This document shows, piece by piece, positions 32,700 to 43,188 of a stretch of DNA of 64,000 nt. A program made the translations under genes and the position numbers. Where the stretch lies: the NCBI GenBank assembly GCA_963707985.1, contig CAVPRW010000042.1, forward strand, positions 128,001-192,000, read 5' to 3'. The stretch comes from an uncultured Nitrospinota bacterium (GTDB taxonomy: Bacteria > Tectomicrobia > Entotheonellia > J063 > CAVPRW01). Each line of letters opens with the position of its first letter. Within the stretch, counting starts at the first letter, position 1. Under the pieces are notes generated by a model that saw nothing but the letters and a program-made list of their open reading frames with translations, was not told where the DNA came from and made no database searches.

Positions 32700-34280
32700 A
32701 TGGCACAGACCATTTCGCTTCAGGCGCTGCAAGAGCTCCTAGAGGGCAAGGGGCAATTCGCCCTCATCGACGTCCGGGAGCCGGGTGAGTACAACAGTAC
32801 CCACATCCCTGACTCCAGTTTAATCCCGAGACGGCAACTGGAATTCCAGATGTCCACCGCCGTGCCGGTGCAGAACACCCAGGTCGTGGTGTGTGACGAC
32901 GATGGGCGGCGGGCCAACCTGGCCGCCGCGACCCTGGAGCGCATGGGGTACACCAACGTGGCCGTGCTTGATGGCGGTATCAATCGGTGGGCCACACAGG
33001 GCTACCCCACCGAGTGGGGCAGCAACGTCATCAGCAAAGACTTTGGCGAAAAGATGGAAGTGCTGCACCACGTCCCGGAGATCGAGGCGACGGAGCTGCA
33101 CGAGCGCATCGCCCGGGGCGACAAGCTGGTCATTCTTGATACCCGTACCCCCGAAGAGTATCAGCGCTTTTGCATCCCCGGCGGGCGCAGCGTGCCGGGC
33201 GGTGAGCTGGCCCTGCGGATTACCGACATCACCAAAGACCTGGACAAAGATACCACGGTCATCGTCAACTGCGCTGGCCGTACCCGCAGCATCATCGGCA
33301 CCAGGGTCTTGCAGCGGATGGGGCTGACCAACGTCTACGGGCTCAAGAACGGCACGTCAGGCTGGGTGTTGGCCGGATACGCGTTGGAAACGGGGGCTGA
33401 CCGGTTGGAGCTGCCCGAGCCATCCCCGGAGGGCCTGGCCGCCGCCGAAGCCTATGCTGACCGCCTGGCCAGCGAAGATGGCGTCCGCTACGTGGATATT
33501 CCTACCCTGCAGGCGATGCTGGGCAAGCGAGACCGAGACACGGCCTACTTCGTCGACGTGCGCACGCTCCAGGAGTATGAGCAGGGGCACATCCCCGGCT
33601 TTCGGTGGTTCCCCGGCGGACAGGTGGTGCAGCGCTCCGACGACGTGCTGGTGGTCAAGCACTGCCCGGTCGTCTTTGCCTGCGACAAAAAAGCCCGGGC
33701 CACTTTCATTGCGTCCTGGTATCGCCAGTTTGGTTTTGAGGAAGTCTACGTGGTGCAGGGCGGCACGACGGCCTGGGCCGCCGCTGGCCTGGCGCTGGAG
33801 CATGGGATGGTGGAGCCGACGCCCTTTGGCCTGGCCCAGGCCAGGGAGCACGTGCAGTTCCTGTCACCCCAGGAGTTACAGGCCTCTCAGCCCCCGGTGG
33901 TCCTGTGCGTCGACACCAGCCAGGACTTTGCCAGAGGCCATGTGCCTGGCGCTCGCTGGGTGCCACGAGGCTGGTTGGAATGCCAGATTGGTGACCTGGC
34001 GCCGTCCAGGGATACCCCCATTGCCGTGACCAGCCATGACGGGCGGAACGCCACCCTGGCGGGTGCCACCCTGAAGGAGTTGGGCTACCAGCACGTGGCG
34101 GTGCTGGAAGGGGGCATGGTCGCCTGGCAGCGGGCCGGGTTCCCGGTAGAAGAGGGACTGTCGGGTGTCATGCGCCCGCCAACCGACGTGGTGCTTTCCG
34201 GGCCGGATCGCAACTTCGCCGACATGATGCATTACCTCCGCTGGGAGACGGCCCTGGGAGAAAAGTACGCCACACACTGA
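32700..34280 (+). CDS. Four-domain rhodanese-related sulfurtransferase
   Basis: Four repeats of D(V/T)R/S...HIPG; SKDFGE; VNCAGRTRSIIG; YLRWETAL. Confidence 0.9.
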   Translation: MAQTISLQALQELLEGKGQFALIDVREPGEYNSTHIPDSSLIPRRQLEFQMSTAVPVQNTQVVVCDDDGRRANLAAATLERMGYTNVAVLDGGINRWATQGYPTEWGSNVISKDFGEKMEVLHHVPEIEATELHERIARGDKLVILDTRTPEEYQRFCIPGGRSVPGGELALRITDITKDLDKDTTVIVNCAGRTRSIIGTRVLQRMGLTNVYGLKNGTSGWVLAGYALETGADRLELPEPSPEGLAAAEAYADRLASEDGVRYVDIPTLQAMLGKRDRDTAYFVDVRTLQEYEQGHIPGFRWFPGGQVVQRSDDVLVVKHCPVVFACDKKARATFIASWYRQFGFEEVYVVQGGTTAWAAAGLALEHGMVEPTPFGLAQAREHVQFLSPQELQASQPPVVLCVDTSQDFARGHVPGARWVPRGWLECQIGDLAPSRDTPIAVTSHDGRNATLAGATLKELGYQHVAVLEGGMVAWQRAGFPVEEGLSGVMRPPTDVVLSGPDRNFADMMHYLRWETALGEKYATH

Positions 34281-34488
34281 GGAGAGAGATGCCAGTGACT
34301 GCACCCAGGGACGATGCGCAGGTCCTGAGGTGGTGGAGGACCACAGTGAACGTACGCTGGTGGTCTAGGGAGAGGGGACCACCGCCCTCATTATCACGTA
34401 GCTCTGGCGTAGCCTACCAACAGACGCAAAACCTGGAAGCGCCGGCCACACGCGGGACGGGTGCGGCCGGCAATAAGGAGTACGGCAT

Positions 34489-35073
34489 ATGACCACGGTA
34501 ACGTATGCGTTAGAAGAATTTGTCCATGACATGGAATCCCTGCTGCGAGACCAACCCGACCAAGCGAAGATTTTTGACGTCGGTTCGGCCTGGCTGAAGC
34601 GTCTGATCGGCAATCCTGACAGCATTCCGGAACAGTACCGGCTCCCCGCCCCCAACGGCCGCCGGTCGAACCACGGTTCCTATCTACTGTATCAGGGCGA
34701 CAGTGGTGTGTCGGTAACCGCCGTCGTTTGGGGTCCCGGCGAACACCTCGGCCCTCACGACCACCGCACCTGGGGCATGATTGGCATCCTTGACAACACC
34801 CTCACTGAGACCCGCTACCGGCGAGTGGATGACCGTTCCAAGGCGGGCTTCGCCCACCTGGAAAAGGACCGCTCCGCCAACTTCCGGCCCGGTGAGATCA
34901 CCCTGTTGGTCCCCGATATCGACGAGATCCACCAGATGGACAACCACACCAGCAGGCCCACCGTGGAAATTCACTGCTACGGGACGGACCTAAGGAAGGT
35001 CGATCGCTCGAGATACGACCTCGAGACCGGCAGGATCATCGACTTCAGGTCCGCGAAATACGACAACTGTTAG
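34489..35073 (+). CDS. Cysteine/thiol dioxygenase-family cupin (atypical)
   Basis: VWGPG..GPHDHRTWG, EIHQMDN (3-His), IHCYG. Confidence 0.85.
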   Translation: MTTVTYALEEFVHDMESLLRDQPDQAKIFDVGSAWLKRLIGNPDSIPEQYRLPAPNGRRSNHGSYLLYQGDSGVSVTAVVWGPGEHLGPHDHRTWGMIGILDNTLTETRYRRVDDRSKAGFAHLEKDRSANFRPGEITLLVPDIDEIHQMDNHTSRPTVEIHCYGTDLRKVDRSRYDLETGRIIDFRSAKYDNC

Positions 35074-35172
35074 ACCTGCACGTCTGCTTTCGTGCACACA
35101 TCACACATCCCGACGGCTGAGGAGCCGCCGGGATGCCGGCGCAACGCACACCACATGGAATGAGGGAGCAGC

Positions 35173-36388
35173 ATGGCGACGACGAAAGAGGAAGGTGCAC
35201 TCCCTGATTTTTTGCGCATGGACCAAGCGGTCAGTTCGGACCCGGCCAATGCAACGAAGACCGGTAACTGGTACGGTTGGCCCACCAAGGAGATCAAGCC
35301 GGTCACTTTAGTGGACGACGAGGGCCGGACCGTCCGGATCAGGACGCCGGTGATGGACCTTGAGGGGCTGATCACGCCCACTCACCTGCATTATACCGTC
35401 CAACACTTCGCGGTGCCGCCAGTGGTGGAGACCGACACCTGGGAGCTGCAGATTGTCGGTGAGGTCAAGAATCCGCTGACGCCTCAACTTCGACCAGTTG
35501 CGGCGCTTCCCCGGTCGCAGCGTCCGCACCGTCATGGAGTGTTCCGGCAGCGACGCCACGTTCTTCGAGTACTTCAAAGGCGAGGGGCCCAAGCCCTCCC
35601 GCACCCAGGAATGTATGATCTTGAGCGCCAGTGAGTGGACCGGTGTGCCTCTGGCCGCCGTGCTGAACGAGGCCGGCCTCACTGCCAAGTCGCTTTACGT
35701 GAGGGCCGAGGGCAACGATCTCGGCGTGCCAGCCACGGCCGCCAAGGGTACTCAACCCTTCTACTACGACAAGGGATTGCCGATCCAGAAGGCGCTCCAC
35801 CCCGACACCATTCTGGCCTGGGCGCAGAACGGACAGTTGTTGGAGCACCTCCACGGTGCCCCGGTGCGTCTGTTGGTGCCCGGCTGGTCGGGCAACTGGT
35901 CGGTGAAGTGGCTCAACCAGCTGGAAGTCTTGGAAAAGGAGCCGAACTGCTGGTACCACTACCAGTTTTACTACTATGGCAACTCGCCCGACGACCCCCA
36001 TAAAGAGCTGATCACCACCATCGGCGTGAAGTCCATCATCACCCAACCCAACGACGACACCGAGACGCTGTCTCCCGGCGTCCATATGATCAGGGGTTAC
36101 GCCTGGAGTGGCGCCGGCGCCATCGACCAGGTGGAGGTGAGCGTAGACGGCGGGGACACCTGGCAGTCCGCGCACATCGAACAGCCGCGCGACCGTTTCA
36201 TGTGGGTCCGCTGGTCGTACCGCTGGGACGTGCGCCAAAAGGGCAAGCACATCCTCATGTCGCGGGCCACCGACGAGGTCGGCCGCGTGCAGTCGCGGGA
36301 ACCGCGCTACAACAATATGCGTAAGAACTTCAGCGCCATTGTGGGCTACCCGGTCACGGTGGAGTACGCAGCCCGGTCACAGTATTGA
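35173..36388 (+). CDS. Sulfite-oxidase-family molybdoenzyme, frameshift near 35480
   Basis: GLITPT, ECSG (Mo-ligand Cys), EWTGVPL, HGAPVRLLVPGW..SVKWL, VEVSVDGGDTW, SRATDE. Confidence 0.88.
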
Positions 36389-36418
36389 GAGGACGAACAG
36401 CGCCGGTCAGAAAATGCC

Positions 36419-36466
36419 TTGACCGCTTGAGAGGGGTGTGATAGAAACGTTTGCGTAAACGTTTTC
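36419..36466 (+). promoter_or_regulatory. Sigma70-like promoter with tandem LacI-type operator upstream of the DUF1800 operon
   Basis: TTGACC-17 nt-TAGAAA overlapped by GAAACGTTTGCGTAAACGTTTTC; shares a 29-nt core with the site at 27573-27620. Confidence 0.72.
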
Positions 36467-36786
36467 ATCCCTGAAGCGGGTTGTGGCGCGGTGTAAAAGA
36501 TGGTGTAAAAGATGAGGAGGTGCATCGACGCGACCCTCAATCCGTCTGGGATGCCCGCCGAGGGTGGGGATACTCCTGCGTGTCATACAACGAGGAGCGG
36601 CTGCACTAGGCGCTGGCCTTAGCACTCGTGCAGCAGCGTACTGGGGTTGAAGGCTCGTCTCCTGACGAATGGCTACGCACAGGAAGTCTATGAAGGACCC
36701 AAACGTCACGTATCGTCGCCGAAATGTGGTCTTGACCATAGGGTATCCTTCATTATGTCTACAATGCTTACAAAGGAGGGCAAGTA

Positions 36787-38197
36787 ATGACGACCCAAAA
36801 AGAAGACATCGCCCTGATGGCGCACTTGATGCGCCGGGCCGGATTTGGCGCCTCGCGGGAAGAGTTGGAAGCGCGTGCTGCCAAAGGGTACGAAGCGACA
36901 GTGGAAGAACTTTTGCACCCAGAGGCGCAACCACCCCTGGATCGCAACGAAATGATGCGCTACCACCCGTGGACCTGGCGCCCGGGGACGTTGCCGGGCA
37001 TGGGGGCCGCGGAGTGGTTGCACGACATGCTCAACACCAGGCGGCCCCTGGAAGAAAAGATGGCCCTGTTTTGGCATCAGGTGTTCGCGACTGGGGTGTC
37101 CAAGGTCGATCATTACGATGATGTCATGGACATGATCGTCAAGTTCCGTGACAAAGGGATGGGGGACTATCGCGAACTCCTCATCGAGATGGCCAAAGAC
37201 CCGGCGATGATCTACTGGCTGGACAACTGTGAAAACCACGCGATGGCGGTGAATGAGAACTGGGGACGCGAACTGCTGGAACTCTTCAGCATGGGGGTGG
37301 GCAACTACACGGAGACGGATGTGCGTGAGTGCTCCAGAGCGTTCACGGGGTGGACCATCCTGCCCAAGCTGCCCCGCGGCCCTATCGGCCGCCACGACTG
37401 GTTCTTCGAGTATCGGGAAGAGGATCACGACGACAGTGAAAAAACCTTCCTGGGGGTGACGGGGAATCTGAACGGCGAGGACATCATTCGCATCATTTGC
37501 GAGCAGCCGGCCACCCCACGGTTTGTCGCCCGGCATCTATACAACTTCTTCGTGGCTGACGAAGCGCAAGTGCCGGCCTGGTCGGTGACGCCGCCCCGGG
37601 ATCCGGCCGCCATCGATCTCCTGAGCACGACGCTCGTGCACTCCAACTACGACATCCGCTCGACCTTGCGGGTGCTGTTCAATGCTGACTTTTTCAAAGA
37701 GGCCCGCTTTGCCAAACTGAAGAGCCCGGCAGAGGTCGGTCGTCGGCACCTTGCGGTTGGTGGGCGGCAGTGCATTTCCGGCTCCCGGCCTCGGCAACCT
37801 GTCGCGTCAAGCCGGCTATATGGGGCAGGATCTGTTGAACCCCCCGAGCGTCGAGGGCTGGCATACGGGTGTCGAGTGGATCAACAGTGGGTCGTTGATG
37901 CAGCGGGTGAACTTTACCGCTGAACTGGTGGGCGACGTGCGCCGCCCTGGCATTCAGGCCATTCTCGATCGTCTCCAGGCCCAGGGGACCCGGACCACCG
38001 CCGAGGTCGTGGACAGCTGCCTCGACTTGCTCGGTCCGCTGGAGGTCTCCCAGGGAACCCGTGCGGGGCTGATCGGTTTTAGCGAAGAAGGCGGGGATTT
38101 TCGCTGGGACACCGCGGAGCACATCCAGACCTCCACGGCCCGGGTGTCCGAACTCCTGCAGTTGATCGTGGCCACGCGTGAATACCAGTTTGCCTAA
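36787..38197 (+). CDS. DUF1800-family protein, frameshift near 37740
   Basis: HLMRRAGFG, LEEKMALFWH, DPAMIYWLDN, NENWGRELLELFSMG, KLKSPAE, PPSVEGW. Confidence 0.88.
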
Positions 38198-38215
38198 ACA
38201 CAGGAGGACGTCACA

Positions 38216-39350
38216 ATGACGAGCACCAGCAAAGCGCCGGTCCTGGTGGTACTCCAGCTCACCGGAGGCAACGATTACCTCAATACGGTCATCCCCTATA
38301 CCAACCCTCTCTACAGGGACTACCGGCCTGTGGTCGGCATCCCCGAGGACCAGGTGCTCCCCCTGGACGACAAGGTGGCGTTCCACCCGGCGATGGGGCC
38401 AATGAAACCCCTCTACGAGCGTGGGGACATGGCCATTATTCACGGTGTGGGGTATCCGAACGCGCCGCGCTCGCATTTCCGTTCCATGGACATCTGGCAT
38501 ACCTGCGAGCCGCACAAGCTGGGCACTGAGGGATGGCTGGGTCGGGCGACCCGGGACATCGATCCCCACAAAGAAAACGTGCTCACCACCGTCAGCTTCG
38601 GGCCGTCGCTGTTCCGGGCCCTGACGCTCCCCGGCGTGCCGGTGGCCTGTGTGGACAATCTGGACAACTATGGCTTGCTGCCTGGCGTCTCCGAACAGCG
38701 GCAGCGCAGCCGCATTCTGCAGTGGTTTGCGCATATGTACTCCCCGGCGATCGGCAGTGGCGCCGGTCATGGACTACCTGGGCCAGACAGGTTTGGACAC
38801 CTTGCAGGGTGCCGATATCCTGAAGGACGCGCCGAAGATGTACGCGTCGACCGTGCAGTACCCGGAAACGCCCATCGCCAAGAAGTTGAAGGGCATCGCC
38901 CAGGTGCACATGGCCAATTTTGGCACGCGCATCTTCTACTGCGACCACGGCAGCTTCGACAGCCACTCGAACCAGCATGGCATGCACGACAAGCTGTGGA
39001 AGGACGTGTCCGAGGGTGTCGCCTGCTTCTTCGATGACCTGAAGGAGCATGGCGTCGGCGACAACGTGATCATGCTGATGTTCTCTGAATTCGGCCGCCG
39101 CACCCGTGACAACGGGTCGGGCACCGACCACGGTGCCGGTGGGGTGGCCTTTGTCCTGGGCGAGCGGGTCAAGGGCGGTCAGTACAGCGAGTTCCCCTCC
39201 ATGAAGAGCCGAGGATTTGGAGCAAGGCGACGTGGTCCCCAACCATGACTTCCGGGGCCTGTATAGCACGATTCTGGAGGACTGGATGGGGCTGGACGCC
39301 AAGCCGCTCGTCGGTGGGACGTTTGAAAAGCTCGCGTACCTCAATAGCAG
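38216..39350 (+). CDS. DUF1501-family protein, frameshifts near 38760 and 39210; 3' end approximate
   Basis: VVLQLTGGNDYLNTVIPY, GVGYPN..RSHFRSMDIW, FDSHSNQ, FSEFGRR..DNGSGTDHG, DFRGLYSTIL. Confidence 0.88.
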
Positions 39351-39548
39351 AGCACAAGGGATTGGGGGCGGTCGCTCGCCCCCGATCCGCATTGGCATGT
39401 CAGTGCGGGTGACGTGTGCGTCACCTGCGTGGAGCAGACGCCAGTGGCGGGGACAGTCGCCGTCGCAGCACCTGGCGAGGCGCCATGGCCGTACGCGGGG
39501 CCGGTATGCAGCGACTGACCGCAACTGCCAGGCGTATGGAGGAGTGTC

Positions 39549-40613
39549 ATGCTTACGGAAACGGTCGCAGGACGAACCTATGACTATAGCCACAACGTGG
39601 GGCGCGGCGCCCAGACCGGCATGGGGTTTAACAACCCGGTGGCCCTGGCCCTGGATGCGGACGGCGTGGTGTACGTGGCCAACCGAGGCAGTGAGAGCAT
39701 CAGCAACGTGCCGTGGGATCGCACCGGGGTCGGCCAGCGGATCAGCAAGGTCTCCCTGGGCAGCCAGTCGGGAGAAGAGGAGTACCTGGGGGAGTTCAGT
39801 CGGTACGGGAGTGCGCCAGGCCAGTTGATCTGGCCGGCGGGTCTTGTCGTGGATGCGCAGGGACACGTGTACGTCACCGACGAATGGTTGAACCGGGTAT
39901 CTGTCTTCGACAGAGAAGGCAACTTCTTGTCCTGTTGGAACACCGTCCAGAGCGGCGACAGCGAACCTAACAGCGCCTCCGGCATCGCCATCGATGCCAA
40001 CAGCACGCTGTTCGTGACCGACGGTCGCAGCCACAAGGTGCGCAAGTTCGCGACCGATGGGACGTTTCTGGGCAGTTGGGGTCGCCTGGGCAGTGGCGCC
40101 GGCGAACTGGATTCCCCCTGGGGCATCACCGTGGACGACGAGGGCTACGTGTACGTCGCCGATCACAAGAACCATCGGGTGCAGAAATTCACCAGCGATG
40201 GTGACTTCGTGGCCCAGATCGGCGGCCCTGGCACCAAGCGGGCGTCGCTGTCGTTTCCGACCGACGTGGCCGTAGACTCCGACGGCGACGTGTATATCTG
40301 TACATGGAACAAGAACGCCTGGGACCGCGGTCGTATTCAAATCTTTGACGCGGCAGGTCGTTTCCTTACCGGTCTGGTCGGCGACGCGCAGCAGCTCTCC
40401 ACGTGGGCCGAGATGACCGTGGCGGCGAATACGGACTATCTCAAGCGCCGTCGTGAGGTCCGGAGTACGGAGCCGGAGTGGACCTTTGCCCAGCCCACCG
40501 CCGTGGCGTTCGACGCCGCGAATAGCCGCCTCCTGGTGGCGGACACGCAGCGCAGCCGCATTCAAATCTACAACAAGTTCTCTGACTACCTGGTACCCCA
40601 GATGAACCTCTAG
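39549..40613 (+). CDS. NHL-repeat beta-propeller protein
   Basis: Repeated P.G(I/L).VD..G.VYV.D..N.RVQ.F units. Confidence 0.9.
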   Translation: MLTETVAGRTYDYSHNVGRGAQTGMGFNNPVALALDADGVVYVANRGSESISNVPWDRTGVGQRISKVSLGSQSGEEEYLGEFSRYGSAPGQLIWPAGLVVDAQGHVYVTDEWLNRVSVFDREGNFLSCWNTVQSGDSEPNSASGIAIDANSTLFVTDGRSHKVRKFATDGTFLGSWGRLGSGAGELDSPWGITVDDEGYVYVADHKNHRVQKFTSDGDFVAQIGGPGTKRASLSFPTDVAVDSDGDVYICTWNKNAWDRGRIQIFDAAGRFLTGLVGDAQQLSTWAEMTVAANTDYLKRRREVRSTEPEWTFAQPTAVAFDAANSRLLVADTQRSRIQIYNKFSDYLVPQMNL

Positions 40614-40780
40614 GTAGAGGACCCACCGGTCGCTGCGGGAAGCGGCACCACCGGTCAGCGCCGTCAGGGGCGGACTGGTGGTGCGCCCCTGAGGCGGCGT
40701 CACGGATGGCGGTGCGGTCGGGTGATGCACCGTTGCGCAGAGCAGACCGCTGGTCACACAGGAGCAAGGAGGTCGTCGCG

Positions 40781-41708
40781 ATGAAAAAAGTCATGAGCGA
40801 AATCAGTGGTACTGTGTTCAGCCTGCCCTGGTTGATCGCCAAGGACCAGGGGTTATTCGAGGCCGAGGGCATCGATATGGAGTTCGTGCGAGCCCGCGCG
40901 AGTGGAGCGGTGACGCACACGGAGAACCCCGAAGAGGTCAACCCGATCTTAGGCCACGTGGCCTTCGAGGAAGCGCGGGTCTCCATCTACCGGGCTTGAG
41001 AGGAAGGACAGGTCCGGCGGGCCTATGAGAGCAAGCAGGGAGCAAAGATTATTGCCCTTCGTTCCGCGGTGGTGAGCCAGGCGATCATGGTGCGTCCGGA
41101 TTCGCCGCACAACTATCCTGGGACCCTGGGAAACAGACCGGTCGCGGTCCAGTTCCACGCTGGGTCGCATTACGTGGCCCTCCGCCTCCTAGAGGGGTAT
41201 CTCCCCCAGGACAAAGATTAAGTTGGTCCACTACGGCTCGCCGCAACAGCGCTTCGAGGCGATGTGGACCGGTGAGGTGGATGCCTGTGTCGTGATGGAG
41301 CCCTGGATTGCCCTGGCCGAAAAGCTGGGATGCAAAGCCGTTTGCGAGGGGCACTACCTGGGTGCTGAAAACGCCAGCGACGATATGGACCCGGAGACTT
41401 TCGCGGCCATCAATCGCGCCGTGGCCAAAGCCGTGGACATGTTGAATGCCGACAAGCGGAAGTATCTGCACTATCTGATCGAAGATCCGCGCATGGCGGC
41501 GGCCCTGCAGAAGTATGGCGGACTGACCCCGGACGATTTTCACCTCCCCCGGCTGCGCTATTCGTACACCACGCCGTACACGGACGAGATCGTGGAAGAC
41601 ACGTACCACTGGATGGTGCGGTGGGGGCTGCTCAACAGTGCCGCCTGTTCCACCGATCTGGTGGACAACCGTCTTCCCGCCGCGGCGACCGCGCCAGCAG
41701 CTGACTAG
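40781..41708 (+). CDS. NMT1/SsuA-like periplasmic-binding-fold protein; predicted selenoprotein (TGA 40997-40999); frameshift near 41214
   Basis: SLPWLIAKDQGLFEAEGIDMEF; the frame stays open ~73 codons past TGA (RA-U-EEGQVRR...VAVQFHAGSHY); hairpin aggtcc-GGC-gggcct. Confidence 0.75.
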
Positions 41709-41719
41709 CCCGCGGAGCC

Positions 41720-42419
41720 GTATGCACCAACAGCATCTCAGCCGGCCGGGGGTTCGCCTCGGATCGTCTGGGAACTGCGCAAGCTGGGCATTGACGTGGC
41801 CACATCGCCGGTGGAGAAGTATCGCGTCCGATCGCCAAGGCCGTCGTCTCCTACGTGGAAGACCTTTTTAAAGAACCATGTGCAGGACCTCGTCGCGCTG
41901 GAATTCTTTGTTGTGCTGACGGTCACCCCCCAGGTGCTCTTTGTCCGCGTGATTCTGGCCCACGAGCAACGGCGGGTCGTCCACGTTCACGTCACCGAAC
42001 ATCCCACCACCGCGTGAATCGCACAGCAGGTCGTGGAGGCCTTTCCGTGGCATGAGGCGCTGCGGTATCTCCGCGGGATCGGGACCACATCTACGGCGCC
42101 TCGTTTCGGCAGCGGGTGCAGCTCATGGGGATCGAAGAGGTGGTGATCGCCCCTCGGAGTCCATGGCAGAATCGTCGAACGGCTGATGGGAAGCATCCGC
42201 CGTGAATGCCTGGACCACGTGATCGTCCTGGATGAGCGACATTTGAGGCGGCTCCTGACCGAATACTTCTGCTACTATCATCACTGGCGCATACACCGGG
42301 CGTTCGCCATGGATTGTCTGATGCCGTGGCTAGTCCAACGGCCAGAAGTTGGACTGATCCGGGAAGTGTCAGAATGGACTGAGTTGCATCATCACAATAA
42401 GCGGCAAGCGGCGCGATGA
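41720..42419 (+). mobile_element. Integrase-core (rve) transposase pseudogene
   Basis: SPTWKTFLKNH, RRVVHVHVTEHPT, GSIRRECLDHVIVLDERHLRRLL; stops and frameshifts. Confidence 0.8.
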
Positions 42420-42813
42420 CACAGGCGCCAACCTGCCAGTTCATGAGTGCGACAGGTTTTCGGGACAGACAGGTATACTCAGGCGTTGCCGATTGGGGAA
42501 AGACCGCCCAGCAGGCGGTAGGCTGTCGCGGTGAGCGGGTGCCGTCCATGGGACACGTGCTCCGATGATCTCGGAACCGCGAGCGCCGCTTCAGTCCTGC
42601 AGGGACGCGATGGCCTGGTGACCGCTCGTCTCAGTCTTCGCGTCCACAGGATAATCGTGTGATGCGCATCCCGATCATCACGATTATGGTGCTCTCGACA
42701 GGCCGTGCGGGCCTGGTCGTGGGTGTGGCCTGTCGAACAGGGCAGAGAGCCTTACTGTACGGCAGGACGGTTTGGGCGTCGGCGAACGATCCCGAGCGAC
42801 GGGAGGGGGAGCG

Positions 42814-43188
42814 ATGGCACGGATTGCTGTGATGGCGACGTATGGTCCGGAGAACGTGGGGCGCGCCAACGCGGCCTTTCAGATCGCCGCGGCGGCCGTG
42901 GATGAAGGGCATCAGGTCGCCATCATTTTGGAATTGGATGGGACGCTCCTGGTCAAAGATTCCATCATCCAGGACATCCACGGCCTGGGATTGACCCCGC
43001 TGCCTGACCTGTATCCCAAACTGGTCCAGGCGGGGGTGCCCATCTACGTGTGAGACATCTGCGGCGCACCCCGTGGGGTGACAGAGCAGGACTTCCCAGG
43101 CAAGAACGCGGCGTTCCGGCTTCGCTGGGGTACGCTCTGCCCAACGCGAGCTGGTTCGCCGGCGCGGCATTCACGGCGCTCTGCTTGA
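42814..43188 (+). CDS. DsrE/F-like protein; predicted selenoprotein with UxxC (TGA 43051-43053); C-terminus replaced after ~43116
   Basis: ...GVPIYV-U-DICGAPRGVTEQDF matches the DsrE-like pattern IYVCxxCxxxRGV; hairpin caccc-CGTG-gggtg. Confidence 0.78.

Noticed and set aside
36490..36513. Tandem ggtgtaaaagat x2
   Set aside because: Only two copies, with no other occurrence noticed; no function can be supported.
38592..40757. 721-aa minus-strand ORF
   Set aside because: Antisense shadow of the DUF1501 and NHL genes.
42015..42017. In-frame TGA in the integrase-core gene (HPTTA-stop-IAQQ) as Sec
   Set aside because: The family has Trp here (HPTxxW.AQQ), so it is a TGG-to-TGA nonsense change in a decayed transposase.
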